From contig CAZDOJ010000001.1 in NCBI GenBank assembly GCA_964507055.1, forward strand, positions 1,041,313 to 1,105,312: a DNA stretch of 64,000 nucleotides. The letters are read 5' to 3'. The stretch is from an uncultured Gammaproteobacteria bacterium (GTDB lineage: Bacteria; Patescibacteriota; Microgenomatia; Levybacterales; UBA12049). Made by a program: the position numbers and the translations under genes. Positions within the stretch are counted from its first letter, which is position 1. Every line of letters starts with the position of its first letter. A model generated the notes under the pieces. That model was not told the DNA's origin. It made no database searches and was given only the letters and a program-made list of their open reading frames with translations. Below are positions 18,947 through 28,390 of the stretch, piece by piece.

Positions 18947-19186
18947 TTATTTTACTTTCTTTACTTCCTTAATTGCGAAATATTTTGTCTTTGACACTGG
19001 TTTGGTTTCAACGATTTTAACTTCGTTTCCAACTTCAACAGTATGTCCAGCAACCGCAACATTAAACTTCTTTGTTGTTTTCATAAGCTTCTTGTACAAC
19101 GGATGTGGAACTCGTCGTGATACTTCAACCACAACTGTGTCTGTCATCTTTGTTGATACTACTTTTCCTGTTAATACTTTTGCCAT
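18947..19186 (-). CDS. rpsQ: 30S ribosomal protein S17
   Basis: [29 protein letters not shown]...[10 protein letters not shown]-fold pattern. Confidence 0.92.
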   Translation of the reverse strand: MAKVLTGKVVSTKMTDTVVVEVSRRVPHPLYKKLMKTTKKFNVAVAGHTVEVGNEVKIVETKPVSKTKYFAIKEVKKVK

Positions 19187-19201
19187 AGTTATTTTTAAAC
19201 G

Positions 19202-19429
19202 CTATTTTTTAGGCGTTTCTGTTACCTCCTTTGTTTTTAATTTTTCATTGAGTATAGTTTTCATAATTGCTATCTCTTTTCGAGTATTGGTCATACTTCG
19301 AGTATTCTTCAATTTACTCTGAACATTGTCCATTCGAATCTGAGAAAGTGTATTATACGATTCTTTTAACAATTTTGCCAATTCTTCAGTTGTTTTACTA
19401 TGTAATTCTTTTTTATCGTTAATTTTCAT
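19202..19429 (-). CDS. rpmC: 50S ribosomal protein L29
   Basis: 75-aa helical protein (ELHSKTTEELAKLLKESYNTLSQIRMDNVQSKLKNTRSMTNTRKEIA) in the L16-L29-S17 position. Confidence 0.88.
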   Translation of the reverse strand: MKINDKKELHSKTTEELAKLLKESYNTLSQIRMDNVQSKLKNTRSMTNTRKEIAIMKTILNEKLKTKEVTETPKK

Positions 19430-19430
19430 T

Positions 19431-19844
19431 TTACATTTCTCCCTTTACTAAAATCTTTGTTTTTACTGAAAGCTTGTGTGATGCGAGTCGCAAAGCTTCT
19501 TTTGCAATTACAGGTGAGACACCTGCCATCTCGAACATAATGCGTCCTGGCTTTACAGGTGCAACATATTCTTTAATATCACCTTTTCCTCCACCCATAC
19601 GTACTTCAGCTGGTTTCTTTGTGATAGGTTTATCTGGAAAGATTGTAATCCAAGTTCTTCCACCACGCTGTGTATAGTTACTGATAGCACGTCGAGCTGA
19701 TTCGATTTGGCGACTACTGATAAAGCCAAGTTGCATTGCCTGAAGACCAAAATCTCCGTATGAGAGCTTTGTTCCTCGTGTTGCAACTCCCGTTAAACTA
19801 CCACGCTGCATTTTTCTATATTTTTGTCTCTTTGGTGATAACAT
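19431..19844 (-). CDS. rplP: 50S ribosomal protein L16
   Basis: [15 protein letters not shown]...[25 protein letters not shown]. Confidence 0.93.
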   Translation of the reverse strand: MLSPKRQKYRKMQRGSLTGVATRGTKLSYGDFGLQAMQLGFISSRQIESARRAISNYTQRGGRTWITIFPDKPITKKPAEVRMGGGKGDIKEYVAPVKPGRIMFEMAGVSPVIAKEALRLASHKLSVKTKILVKGEM

Positions 19845-19845
19845 A

Positions 19846-20502
19846 TTACAGTGCGTCTCCTCCTTCTGGTCTATTTATCCAGACTTTAATTCCGATATAA
19901 CCCTTTTTGGTTAACGCTGGATATTGTGCGTAACTGATATCTTCACGAATTGTTGACAATGGCACTGTCCCCAAATGGATCTTTTCTCGTCGTGCAATTT
20001 CAGCTCCATTAATACGTCCTGTCAAAAGAATTTTTACACCAAGTGCTCCAGAACCCATAACGCGTTCTGCTGTTGAATTAAGAATTCTCTTAAAAGGAAG
20101 TCTTCGAACCAATTGATCAGCAATATTATTTGCAACCAAATATGAATTCAAGTTAGGCTCTTTCACTGGCTCAACGCGAATGTCCATCTTTGGAGCTTTA
20201 CCACTTCCACGCTGTTTTGAGAAAAAGAGAACAATTGCCTTCTTCAACTCTTCAAGACCACTTCCACCTCGTCCGATAACAATACCAGGTCGAGATACAT
20301 GGATAATAATCTTCAAACTATTAATTGATCGCTCTATCTCAACACTTGCAACACCAGCTGAACGCAATCGTTCCATAAGCATCTTTCGAAGGCCATAATC
20401 TTCGAGCAATACTTCTTTGTACTGTCGTTCATTGAACCAACGACTACTCCAAGTATGTACTGCACCTAATCTGATAACATGTGGATTAACTTTTTGTCCC
20501 AT
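19846..20502 (-). CDS. rpsC: 30S ribosomal protein S3
   Basis: [13 protein letters not shown]...KH domain (IVIGRGGSG)...[12 protein letters not shown]. Confidence 0.93.
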   Translation of the reverse strand: MGQKVNPHVIRLGAVHTWSSRWFNERQYKEVLLEDYGLRKMLMERLRSAGVASVEIERSINSLKIIIHVSRPGIVIGRGGSGLEELKKAIVLFFSKQRGSGKAPKMDIRVEPVKEPNLNSYLVANNIADQLVRRLPFKRILNSTAERVMGSGALGVKILLTGRINGAEIARREKIHLGTVPLSTIREDISYAQYPALTKKGYIGIKVWINRPEGGDAL

Positions 20503-20516
20503 ATATTTATTTTAGC

Positions 20517-21026
20517 TTATTTAGCTTTTTCCTCCTTTTTTTCTGTTTTCTTTTTACCTGTCAAACGTGAAGCCAATGCTTTAACGCCTGATTTCTTTTC
20601 TTCTTTTCCATACATAGCTGCTTCAACTGCTGCATCAGCTCTTTCTGAAACAGATGGTGTAACTGTTGATGCCTTCGCTGCTGCATTTGCAACAACTTTT
20701 TCTTTCAAAATAATTGTCAAATGTGTTCCACGCTTCTTGTATGGATGAATTCGTCCTCGTGTTGATGGACGGAATCTTTTCAATACTTGTCCTTGATTTG
20801 CCATAATTGTACTAATGTACAAATTCTTTGTTTCCAGATTTGCATTTGTTACTGCGTTTGCAACTGCACTTTTTAGTGTTTTTGCAATTGGGCCTGCAGC
20901 CTTTTGCTCTGTTACTTGAAGAATGCGATACGCATCTTCAATTGGTAAATTTCTAATAACATCCGCAACCAAACGAATCTTTCGCGGACTTATTCTTACT
21001 GATTTTGCAATTGCTCGTACTTCCAT
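20517..21026 (-). CDS. rplV: 50S ribosomal protein L22 (with Lys/Ala-rich C-terminal extension)
   Basis: MEVRAIAKSVRISPRKIRLVADVIRNL...GRIHPYKKRGTHLTIIL, then a ~55-aa basic tail. Confidence 0.92.
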   Translation of the reverse strand: MEVRAIAKSVRISPRKIRLVADVIRNLPIEDAYRILQVTEQKAAGPIAKTLKSAVANAVTNANLETKNLYISTIMANQGQVLKRFRPSTRGRIHPYKKRGTHLTIILKEKVVANAAAKASTVTPSVSERADAAVEAAMYGKEEKKSGVKALASRLTGKKKTEKKEEKAK

Positions 21027-21038
21027 AATTTCTCCTCA

Positions 21039-21323
21039 TTAAGTCTTACTGACTTCACGTGCCACAACCTTACCATGACCTCTAAAGTGTCGTGTTGGTG
21101 AAAATTCACCAAGTCTGTGACCTACCATATTTTCTGAGATCAATACTGAAATAAAGTGCTTTCCATTATGAATCATCATCGTATAACCGACGAACTCAGG
21201 CGAGATTTGACTTGAACGTGCCCATGTCTTGATAGGCTCGTTTTTGCCAGCTTGCTTTTGTTTCATCACTTTTTCAAAAAGCTTTTGATCTATATATGGT
21301 CCTTTTTTTGTACTTCTACTCAT
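21039..21323 (-). CDS. rpsS: 30S ribosomal protein S19
   Basis: [15 protein letters not shown]....KTWARSS.I.PEFVG.T..IHNGK.F..V.I.E.MVGH.LGEF.PTR.F.GH. Confidence 0.93.
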   Translation of the reverse strand: MSRSTKKGPYIDQKLFEKVMKQKQAGKNEPIKTWARSSQISPEFVGYTMMIHNGKHFISVLISENMVGHRLGEFSPTRHFRGHGKVVAREVSKT

Positions 21324-21338
21324 ATCTAAGATAGAAAA

Positions 21339-22088
21339 CTATTTCTTTCTTCCTCCCTTTCTTCTTGAGACAATAAACTTGTCTGAATATTTCTTTGGTC
21401 TTCGTGTCTTACCGACAGCGATTCGTCCTGCATATGTCTTTGGTGCAGGCATACCAACACCAGATTTAGCTTCTCCACCACCATGAGGGTGAGATCGTGG
21501 ATTCTGTGCGACTCCACGTACGGTTGGTCGTCGACCCATATGACGGGAACGTCCAGCTTTACCAATAACTTCATTCTTCCAATCAATATTTCCAACTTGC
21601 CCTACTGTTGCAAAACTTGCTGTCAAAACTCTTCGAACTTCACCTGATGGAAGCTTTAAGAAAACATAGTCGCCTTCTTTTGAGTTTACGATAGCACCAG
21701 TTCCAGCTCCTCGAGCCATTTGGCCACCTTTACCAGGTGTTAATTCGATATTATGCACAATCGTACCTGCAGGCATTTCACCCAAAGGCAATGCGTTTCC
21801 AAGTCTAGCTTCGACTCCCGCACCAGATGCGATTGTATCATTTTCTTTCAGTCCAAGTGGGGCCAAAATATATCGCTTCTCACCGTCTGCATATTGTACC
21901 AAAGCTATGTCACAAGTTCTATTTGGATCATATTCAATTGCTATAACACGTCCAACTACATTTGTTTTATTTCGTTTGAAATCAATCTCTCTGAAATATC
22001 TTTTGTGCTGCCCACCTTGATGACGAACAACAACTTTTCCACTTGCATCTCGTCCAGAATGTTTCTTTTTAATTGCTTTTAATTTCAT
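21339..22088 (-). CDS. rplB: 50S ribosomal protein L2
   Basis: GRDASGKVVVRHQGGQHKRYFREIDF...GNALPLGEMPAGTIVHNIE...MGRRPTVRGVAQNPRSHPHGGGE. Start trimmed to MKLKAIKK, 2 nt after the rplW stop. Confidence 0.92.
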   Translation of the reverse strand: MKLKAIKKKHSGRDASGKVVVRHQGGQHKRYFREIDFKRNKTNVVGRVIAIEYDPNRTCDIALVQYADGEKRYILAPLGLKENDTIASGAGVEARLGNALPLGEMPAGTIVHNIELTPGKGGQMARGAGTGAIVNSKEGDYVFLKLPSGEVRRVLTASFATVGQVGNIDWKNEVIGKAGRSRHMGRRPTVRGVAQNPRSHPHGGGEAKSGVGMPAPKTYAGRIAVGKTRRPKKYSDKFIVSRRKGGRKK

Positions 22089-22089
22089 A

Positions 22090-22392
22090 TTATTTCTTTG
22101 CTTCCTCTCCACCACCTGGTTCAAAAAGACTTATTTTTTCACCTTTTTTCAACGATACTGTTGCTTTTTTATACGAAGGTTTCAGAACTTCAACCCGACG
22201 AATTCCAACTCTTTGACTTCGTCCTTTTACAATACTTGTTGCGATCTTAACAACAGTTACGTTAAACATATCTTTAATCGCTTGCTTAATAACAGGTTTT
22301 GTTGCAAATCGATCCACAATAAAGGTATATTTACCTTTTGTGACATCATCCATTGATTTTTCTGTTACTAATGGTTTAACTATTACGTTCAT
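22090..22392 (-). CDS. rplW: 50S ribosomal protein L23
   Basis: IVKPLVTEKSM......YTFIVDRFATKPVIKQAIKDMFNVTVVKI. Confidence 0.92.
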   Translation of the reverse strand: MNVIVKPLVTEKSMDDVTKGKYTFIVDRFATKPVIKQAIKDMFNVTVVKIATSIVKGRSQRVGIRRVEVLKPSYKKATVSLKKGEKISLFEPGGGEEAKK

Positions 22393-23201
22393 TATTTATC
22401 CTTTCCTAAGAAAAACTTTTCCATTTCTGAAATAGCATCTTTCGACAATACTAAATTCTTTGTCTGCAATACTTCATACGTATTAATTCTATTAACTGCA
22501 GTAAAATTAATCCCTTGAATATTATTTCCAGCTCTTCGAGCGTTATCCATACCTGTTGCAGTTACAAACAATATATTTTGCTTTTTGTTAGCAACTCCTA
22601 ATTTTGTAAGCATTTCGACAAAGTTTTTTGTTTTTGGTTCAAGTTTTTCCAAACCTGAAAGTACCATTACTTGCTTATCCTGTACCTTTGAAGACAATGC
22701 ACTAAATAATGCTTTTCTCTTCATTTTCTTTGGTAAAGATAAACTAAAGTCTTTTGGCTTTGGTCCGTGAGCGATACCACCCTTAACAAAGATTGGAGCA
22801 CGAACTCCACCGTGTCGAGCTCTACCTGTACCTTTTTGTCGATAAATCTTTCTTGTTGAACCATCAACTTCTCCACGAGTCTTTGTTGAAGCATTACCTT
22901 GTCGCTGGTTTGCTAAATAAACTCGAACTGCTTGAGCAATAAGTACTTTATTTACTCTTTCTCCAAAGATTGCTCCTGGAAGAGCGACTGTTCCAGCTTC
23001 TTTTCCAGCTGTATCAACAACTTTAACAGAAACTGATGCATTTGTACTTTCTTTTACAGGCTTTACCTTGATAGGTGCTTCTGCTTTTACAGCTTCTTTT
23101 TTAACCGCTTTTACCGGTGCAACTTTTACTACTGGCTTGGCTGTCTTTGTTTTAGGTTCAGCTTTCTTCACTTCTTTCTTTGTTGTTTTTGTTTCTGCCA
23201 T
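22392..23201 (-). CDS. rplD: 50S ribosomal protein L4 (with ~55-aa Lys/Ala/Val-rich N-terminal extension)
   Basis: L4 core (RQGNASTKTRGEVDGSTRKIYRQKGTGRARHGGVRAPIFVKGGIAHGPKP), preceded by AKPVVKVAPVKAVKKEAVKAEAPIKVKPVK repeats. Confidence 0.92.
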   Translation of the reverse strand: MAETKTTKKEVKKAEPKTKTAKPVVKVAPVKAVKKEAVKAEAPIKVKPVKESTNASVSVKVVDTAGKEAGTVALPGAIFGERVNKVLIAQAVRVYLANQRQGNASTKTRGEVDGSTRKIYRQKGTGRARHGGVRAPIFVKGGIAHGPKPKDFSLSLPKKMKRKALFSALSSKVQDKQVMVLSGLEKLEPKTKNFVEMLTKLGVANKKQNILFVTATGMDNARRAGNNIQGINFTAVNRINTYEVLQTKNLVLSKDAISEMEKFFLGKDK

Positions 23202-23222
23202 GATTTTTATTTAAAAGCGAAA

Positions 23223-24089
23223 TTACGCTTTCTTTTCCTCCTTTTCTTCTTTCTTCTCTGTAACTTCAGTCACAACCTCTTTAGTTGGCTCTTCTTTGAC
23301 TTCTTCTCCCGTTTGTGATTCTTCTACAGCCGCTTTCTCTTCTGCAATTTCTGCTGCTTCTTCAACAACTTTTGTTGGTTCTTCAACCACTGCATCTTCA
23401 GTAACTGGAGCTTCAGTTTCTTCAACTGCAGGCTTCAAAAGTGGAACAAAATTCTTTTGTTCTCCCAATTTTGTTATCAAAAGCATAGCTTTTTTATGTC
23501 CAGGAACAAGTCCAAGAACATATAATTTCTTATTTGCAGCATCTACATCAACGACAACTAAGTTCTGTACAGTAACAGTATCTACACCCATGTGTCCAGC
23601 CATCTTCTTACCACGATACACTCTACCTGGAGTTGTACCCTGTCCAATAGATCCAGGAGCACGCTCACGATCAGATTGACCGTGTGATTTAGGACCTCCT
23701 TTAAAGTTGTGACGCTTCATAACACCCGCAAAACCTTTACCCTTTGATGTTCCAGTTACCTGAATAACATCTCCAGCTTTAAAAACAGAATCAACTGTAA
23801 CGAGGTCTCCTGTATTAGGAAGTTCTCCTTCTCCATCCCATGCCACTTCTTTTAGATGTAAAGGTGAAGTCTCAAGGTTCGCTTTTTTAGCATGGCCAAT
23901 TAACGCTTTTGTTGGCTTCTTCTTTAAACCATACCCTAACTGAATTGCAGTATATTTATCTGTTTCTTCAGTCTTAACCTGCATAACAATATTGTCCTGT
24001 AGAGATACCTCGGTCACAGGGATTCTGTGTCCGTTCTCTAAGAACTTTTGTGTTTGTTCAATTTTTTGTCCTATTAATGCTTGTATCAT
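23223..24089 (-). CDS. rplC: 50S ribosomal protein L3 (with ~70-aa acidic C-terminal extension)
   Basis: L3 core (GTSKGKGFAGVMKRHNFKGGPKSHGQSDRERAPGSIGQ), then an EEx-rich tail (EEAAEIAEEKAAVEESQTGEEVKEE...). Confidence 0.92.
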   Translation of the reverse strand: MIQALIGQKIEQTQKFLENGHRIPVTEVSLQDNIVMQVKTEETDKYTAIQLGYGLKKKPTKALIGHAKKANLETSPLHLKEVAWDGEGELPNTGDLVTVDSVFKAGDVIQVTGTSKGKGFAGVMKRHNFKGGPKSHGQSDRERAPGSIGQGTTPGRVYRGKKMAGHMGVDTVTVQNLVVVDVDAANKKLYVLGLVPGHKKAMLLITKLGEQKNFVPLLKPAVEETEAPVTEDAVVEEPTKVVEEAAEIAEEKAAVEESQTGEEVKEEPTKEVVTEVTEKKEEKEEKKA

Positions 24090-24119
24090 ATATTTTTAAC
24101 CTCAAATAACTTAACGCAC

Positions 24120-24141
24120 AAAAAAAGTAGCCTTAGGCTAC
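24120..24141 (-). terminator. intrinsic terminator/attenuator-like hairpin in the rpsJ-rplC spacer
   Basis: On the minus strand, GUAGCC-UAA-GGCUAC (6-bp stem) is followed immediately by U7. It lies within an unusually long 195-nt S10-L3 spacer. Confidence 0.45.
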
Positions 24142-24284
24142 CTTTATCATTCATAACGTCAAAACGTTTTATGATGTGATCCCCTCTAAACGGGGTGGCC
24201 TAGCAAGGCGTTTTTAATCAATCATACACTGTGCATGTTTAATTAGATTGGGCATCAATGTTATTTATACACGAAAATTGAAGA

Positions 24285-24593
24285 CTACATCTTCAATTCT
24301 ACGTCTACTCCGGCTGGTAATGCTAAATTCGTCAAACTATCTATTGTTTTGCCTGTTGGTGAAACTATATCAATCAATCGCTTATGAATTCGAATTTCGA
24401 AATGATCACGTGCGTCTTTATCAATAAACGGTGATTTGTTTACTGCATAGACACTTCTATCAGTAGGAAGTGGAACTGGACCAATAACCTTAGCTCCAGT
24501 TCTAATAACTGAATCTAAGATTTGCTGACAACAAGCGTCTAGGACGCGTGCATCATAACTTTTTAATCGGACTCTAATTCTTCCTTTTTGCAT
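24285..24593 (-). CDS. rpsJ: 30S ribosomal protein S10
   Basis: IRVRLKSYDARVLDACCQQILDSVIRTGAKVIGPVPLPT...RDHFEIRIHKRLIDI. Confidence 0.93.
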   Translation of the reverse strand: MQKGRIRVRLKSYDARVLDACCQQILDSVIRTGAKVIGPVPLPTDRSVYAVNKSPFIDKDARDHFEIRIHKRLIDIVSPTGKTIDSLTNLALPAGVDVELKM

Positions 24594-24630
24594 AGTTTTT
24601 ACCTTCAGACTGTCAAAGATCTACTTTCAA

Positions 24631-24657
24631 TAAAAAAATCCCGCTTTCGCAGGATTA
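24631..24657 (-). terminator. intrinsic terminator-like hairpin directly after tuf stop
   Basis: On the minus strand, AUCCUGC-GAAA-GCGGGAU (7-bp stem with 1 mismatch) is followed by U7. The stem overlaps the tuf stop codon, so this is probably a partial terminator ahead of rpsJ. Confidence 0.45.
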
Positions 24658-25833
24658 TTTTATTATTTTGGTGATCACACCAGCTCCGACCGTTCTTCCA
24701 CCTTCGCGAATCGCGTAGCGAAGACCTTCTTCGAGAGCTACTGGAACAATAAGTTTGACTTTCATATTTGTTGTGTCACCTGGCATAACCATTTCAACAC
24801 CGTCTGGAAGAGTTACATTACCAGTTACATCAGTTGTTCTGATATAGAACTGAGGTCGGTATCCCTTAAAGAATGGTGTATGACGTCCACCTTCTTCTTT
24901 TGTTAAGACGTAAGCTTCAGCTTCGAACTCAGTGTGAGGTGTAATACTCTTTGGTTTAGCAATAACTTGACCTCTCTCAACATCACTCTTTTCAAGACCT
25001 CGAAGAAGAAGACCAACATTATCTCCTGCTTGACCTTGATCAAGAATTTTCTTAAACATTTCTACTCCTGTTACAACTGAATCTTTGTTCTTGTCAAGAC
25101 CTACGATTTCTACTGGTTCATTAACTTTAACTACTCCTCTTTCAATTCTTCCAGTTACAACTGTTCCTCGACCCTTAATCGAGAAAACATCTTCAACAGG
25201 CATTAGGAATGGCTTGTCAAGATCTCGGACTGGATCCGGGACGAAAGAATCCACTGCATCCATAAGATCAAGGATCTTTTGCTCATATTCAGCGTTTCCT
25301 TCGAGAGCTTTGAGAGATGAACCTCGGATGATTGGAGTATCATCACCTGGATATTGATATTTTGAGAGTAATTCTCGAATTTCCATTTCAACAAGATCAA
25401 GAAGTTCAGGATCGTCAACCATATCGCATTTATTAAGATAAACTACAATTGATGGAACTCCTACTTGTCGAGCAAGAAGAATGTGCTCTCGTGTTTGTGG
25501 CATAGGGCCATCTGGAGCTGAAACAACTAAGATTGCTCCGTCCATTTGAGCTGCACCAGTGATCATATTTTTGATATAATCAGCGTGTCCTGGAGCATCG
25601 ATGTGAGCATAGTGACGCTTGTCTGTTTCGTATTCTTGGTGAGAGATATTGATTGTAACTCCACGCTGTCTTTCTTCAGGAGCATTATCAATATCAGCAT
25701 AAGATCGTGCTTGTGCAAAACCTTTCTTAGCAAGGACAGTAGTTATAGCTGCTGTCGTTGTTGTCTTACCATGGTCTACGTGACCAATAGTTCCGATATT
25801 TACGTGTGGTTTTGTTCTGTTAAATGTTGCCAT
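24655..25833 (-). CDS. tuf: elongation factor Tu
   Basis: [25 protein letters not shown]-domain motifs; 392 aa, close to full EF-Tu length. Confidence 0.97.
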   Translation of the reverse strand: MATFNRTKPHVNIGTIGHVDHGKTTTTAAITTVLAKKGFAQARSYADIDNAPEERQRGVTINISHQEYETDKRHYAHIDAPGHADYIKNMITGAAQMDGAILVVSAPDGPMPQTREHILLARQVGVPSIVVYLNKCDMVDDPELLDLVEMEIRELLSKYQYPGDDTPIIRGSSLKALEGNAEYEQKILDLMDAVDSFVPDPVRDLDKPFLMPVEDVFSIKGRGTVVTGRIERGVVKVNEPVEIVGLDKNKDSVVTGVEMFKKILDQGQAGDNVGLLLRGLEKSDVERGQVIAKPKSITPHTEFEAEAYVLTKEEGGRHTPFFKGYRPQFYIRTTDVTGNVTLPDGVEMVMPGDTTNMKVKLIVPVALEEGLRYAIREGGRTVGAGVITKIIK

Positions 25834-26049
25834 AGTGTTTTAAAAATAAAATCTCTCAATTCATTTATTGAGAGTAAATGTATGATACTATAAATTTCGT
25901 GCCCCGTCAATAGGTTATTGTAAGAAAAAAGGACTAAAACTCATGTATTTTACGTTTTTTAGTAATTTTTTGCATATATTATTAAGGTATAGAGTGTTTT
26001 TAATAAATATTGCTTGACTTTCTATTTTTTAAGATGCAACAATGGAAGT

Positions 26050-28347
26050 ATGCAGTCGGATCAGCTTAATACTCCTCTTACCCAGCAATCTACACCTCAA
26101 AGTACTCCTGTAAATGGATCGCGTAAGCCTTTACCGAGAAAGTTTTTCATTATTGCAGGCATTCTTCTGCTTTTAATACTTTCTATTGTTGTGACTTTGA
26201 TCATGGGAACTGCAGAAAAAGATAAGGCAAAGGAGAACACCCCGGTCGACAAATCACAAGCAAACTTTGAAGAAATCAAAAAATCAGCCGAAAACTCTCC
26301 AAATGCGAAAGCTTCTTCTCATTTAGTGGTATATGGGGCATGGACAGGTCAATCATCTTTAATAAAAGCTGTTGATATGGAGACTTCTGAAGCTAAGCTC
26401 GTTGCGACTCTTCCGATGACAATTAAAAAGATAACTGTTCTAAACAATCAGACACTCCTCTATATAGATCAGGTTGATAAAAGAGATCACGGTAAAAGTG
26501 TTAGCATATACAATATTAAAGATAAAAAAGTTGTTGCTACAATTCCAGCAGCCGAAGGATATGGAATTGATGAATACACTTTATCACCCGATAAAAAGAA
26601 TGTAGCAATTTGGGAAGTACAATTTGCTCAAGGCTCCGAAGTACTTCAAGGTGGAAAATCGAGAGTATATACAGTTGCTCTTTCCAACCCTACAGTTAAA
26701 AATCTTATTTACGATGAACAGGCTTTACAGCCTATACACTATCCTCGAGCTATTTTGAATGACGGGACAGTCTTTACCGATACATTTATGCCAAACGATC
26801 CGTTAGGAGGTGCTGGATGGGCATATGGTATGAGCATTTCTTCATTTAATGGATCAGATAAACGAGAAATTGAGTCATTAAAAGGTGGGACATATGGAAA
26901 TCAACCAGCATTGTCTCAAGAAGGTAAATATTTATTACTAACAGGCTATGATGGGAAATTTGGTGATGGCAATGGAATCAAGAGTGGAATCCGTCAAGCT
27001 ATTCTCACACCAAATACAGTAGATCTCGTTGATACGAAAACATTACAGCGATATAAATTACCAAATCTTTCAAACAACGATAGCTATGCAGCTGCACATT
27101 GGGATTTTGTAACAGGCAAAATTATACTATCAATAGTTGGGGCAACTCCAGATAAAACAGGGCTTTATGCTTATGACATAGCTTCAAAATCTTTACAAAA
27201 GATTTCTATTCCTCTCATAAATAATACTGAATATATGCAGATCTCTAATCTTCCAAATGACCAACTTTTACTAGGAACCTTTGAAGAAAATTCATCAAAC
27301 TTAGGTAATTTAGGAGCAAACTATGAATATGCATACACAAAGCTCGTTACATTTGACTCAAAAACAGCAAAGAATAAATCCATATCCCTTGAGGATACAT
27401 ATGCTCAATACATAACAGTACTTCCAGCGGATTATTTCAATAATGTTCTTGGAATAAAAACAATAGCTCAGGCAAATCCCCAACCTACATTTGTTGACCA
27501 ATATTCAGACCAAAATGCAACTAAAGAAAGACTTCAACTCTATACATTCTTTTTAAAATATGACCTCCAGCCTATCCGAAAAACGCAGCAAAGCACACCT
27601 GTAAATTCTCCGGGTATCGATCTTTCAAAGATATCAATTAATCCAAGTAATTTACCTCCTATTATTACTAAAGATGATGAGAACCTTCCTAAATGTAACG
27701 ATGTGACCGCAAAAGTTTGTGCAGAAAAAGGGCAAGGCCCAGACACAAAAGAATACACAATGTGTAAAGGAATGTACAAAGCTCAAAATATGGAGAGAAC
27801 ATGTGATGACTCCCCTCTTTATTTATACGGTACGCCTGGACAAAAAGTACAGGTAACTATTAATACACCTGTTTATAATGCGATCCCATCCTATGATAGG
27901 GGATACAATGTCACATTATTACAAAATGGGAAAATGCAAATAAACAATAATACCTATGGAAGTATCACATATGATTATTCATCGAACTTGAAGCTGAGAA
28001 AAGCTCCGAAAGAGGGAAGTGTTACAACGAAAGAACAATTACCTTCCCTTCTTAAAGACTATGCAACAAAGCTTGGACTAAACGATAAAGAAATTATCGA
28101 TTTAGTCTCAGCTGGTATGCAAAAAGTACAATCACCATATGTATTTGTTTCATTCTATGACCATGAGACATCACATCGTATATTGCCAATTACATTTAAC
28201 CCACAACCAGATAACTACTTGAATGTTGTATTTTACTTTAAACAACTACAGAGTAAACCAAACCTTACACCAGTTCCACCAACTTTTTCTGAACCAATAG
28301 AAAGAGACGGATTTACTGCTGTTGAAGTTAGTGAAGTAGTCGAATAA
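26050..28347 (+). CDS. membrane-anchored surface protein, paralog A (TolB-like beta-propeller repeats, Cys-rich C-terminal module)
   Basis: Ser/Thr/Pro/Gln-rich N-terminus, a single TM (FFIIAGILLLLILSIVVTLIMG), then a large ectodomain with repeated YxLSPDxK motifs and a Cys cluster near aa 560-600. I prefer the ATG at 26050 to the track's TTG at 26014. About 50% identical to the downstream gene. Confidence 0.6.
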   Translation: MQSDQLNTPLTQQSTPQSTPVNGSRKPLPRKFFIIAGILLLLILSIVVTLIMGTAEKDKAKENTPVDKSQANFEEIKKSAENSPNAKASSHLVVYGAWTGQSSLIKAVDMETSEAKLVATLPMTIKKITVLNNQTLLYIDQVDKRDHGKSVSIYNIKDKKVVATIPAAEGYGIDEYTLSPDKKNVAIWEVQFAQGSEVLQGGKSRVYTVALSNPTVKNLIYDEQALQPIHYPRAILNDGTVFTDTFMPNDPLGGAGWAYGMSISSFNGSDKREIESLKGGTYGNQPALSQEGKYLLLTGYDGKFGDGNGIKSGIRQAILTPNTVDLVDTKTLQRYKLPNLSNNDSYAAAHWDFVTGKIILSIVGATPDKTGLYAYDIASKSLQKISIPLINNTEYMQISNLPNDQLLLGTFEENSSNLGNLGANYEYAYTKLVTFDSKTAKNKSISLEDTYAQYITVLPADYFNNVLGIKTIAQANPQPTFVDQYSDQNATKERLQLYTFFLKYDLQPIRKTQQSTPVNSPGIDLSKISINPSNLPPIITKDDENLPKCNDVTAKVCAEKGQGPDTKEYTMCKGMYKAQNMERTCDDSPLYLYGTPGQKVQVTINTPVYNAIPSYDRGYNVTLLQNGKMQINNNTYGSITYDYSSNLKLRKAPKEGSVTTKEQLPSLLKDYATKLGLNDKEIIDLVSAGMQKVQSPYVFVSFYDHETSHRILPITFNPQPDNYLNVVFYFKQLQSKPNLTPVPPTFSEPIERDGFTAVEVSEVVE

Positions 28348-28390
28348 ATTAAACTTGACAAACTCTTTGCAATATTGACACAATGATTCT

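Noticed and set aside
26014-26049. TTG start used by the ORF track for surface-protein paralog A
   Set aside because: The in-frame ATG at 26050 gives an N-terminus (MQSDQLNTPLTQQ...) that aligns with paralog B (MEPAQPNPSQTALQ...). The 12 extra codons from the TTG are not mirrored in paralog B.
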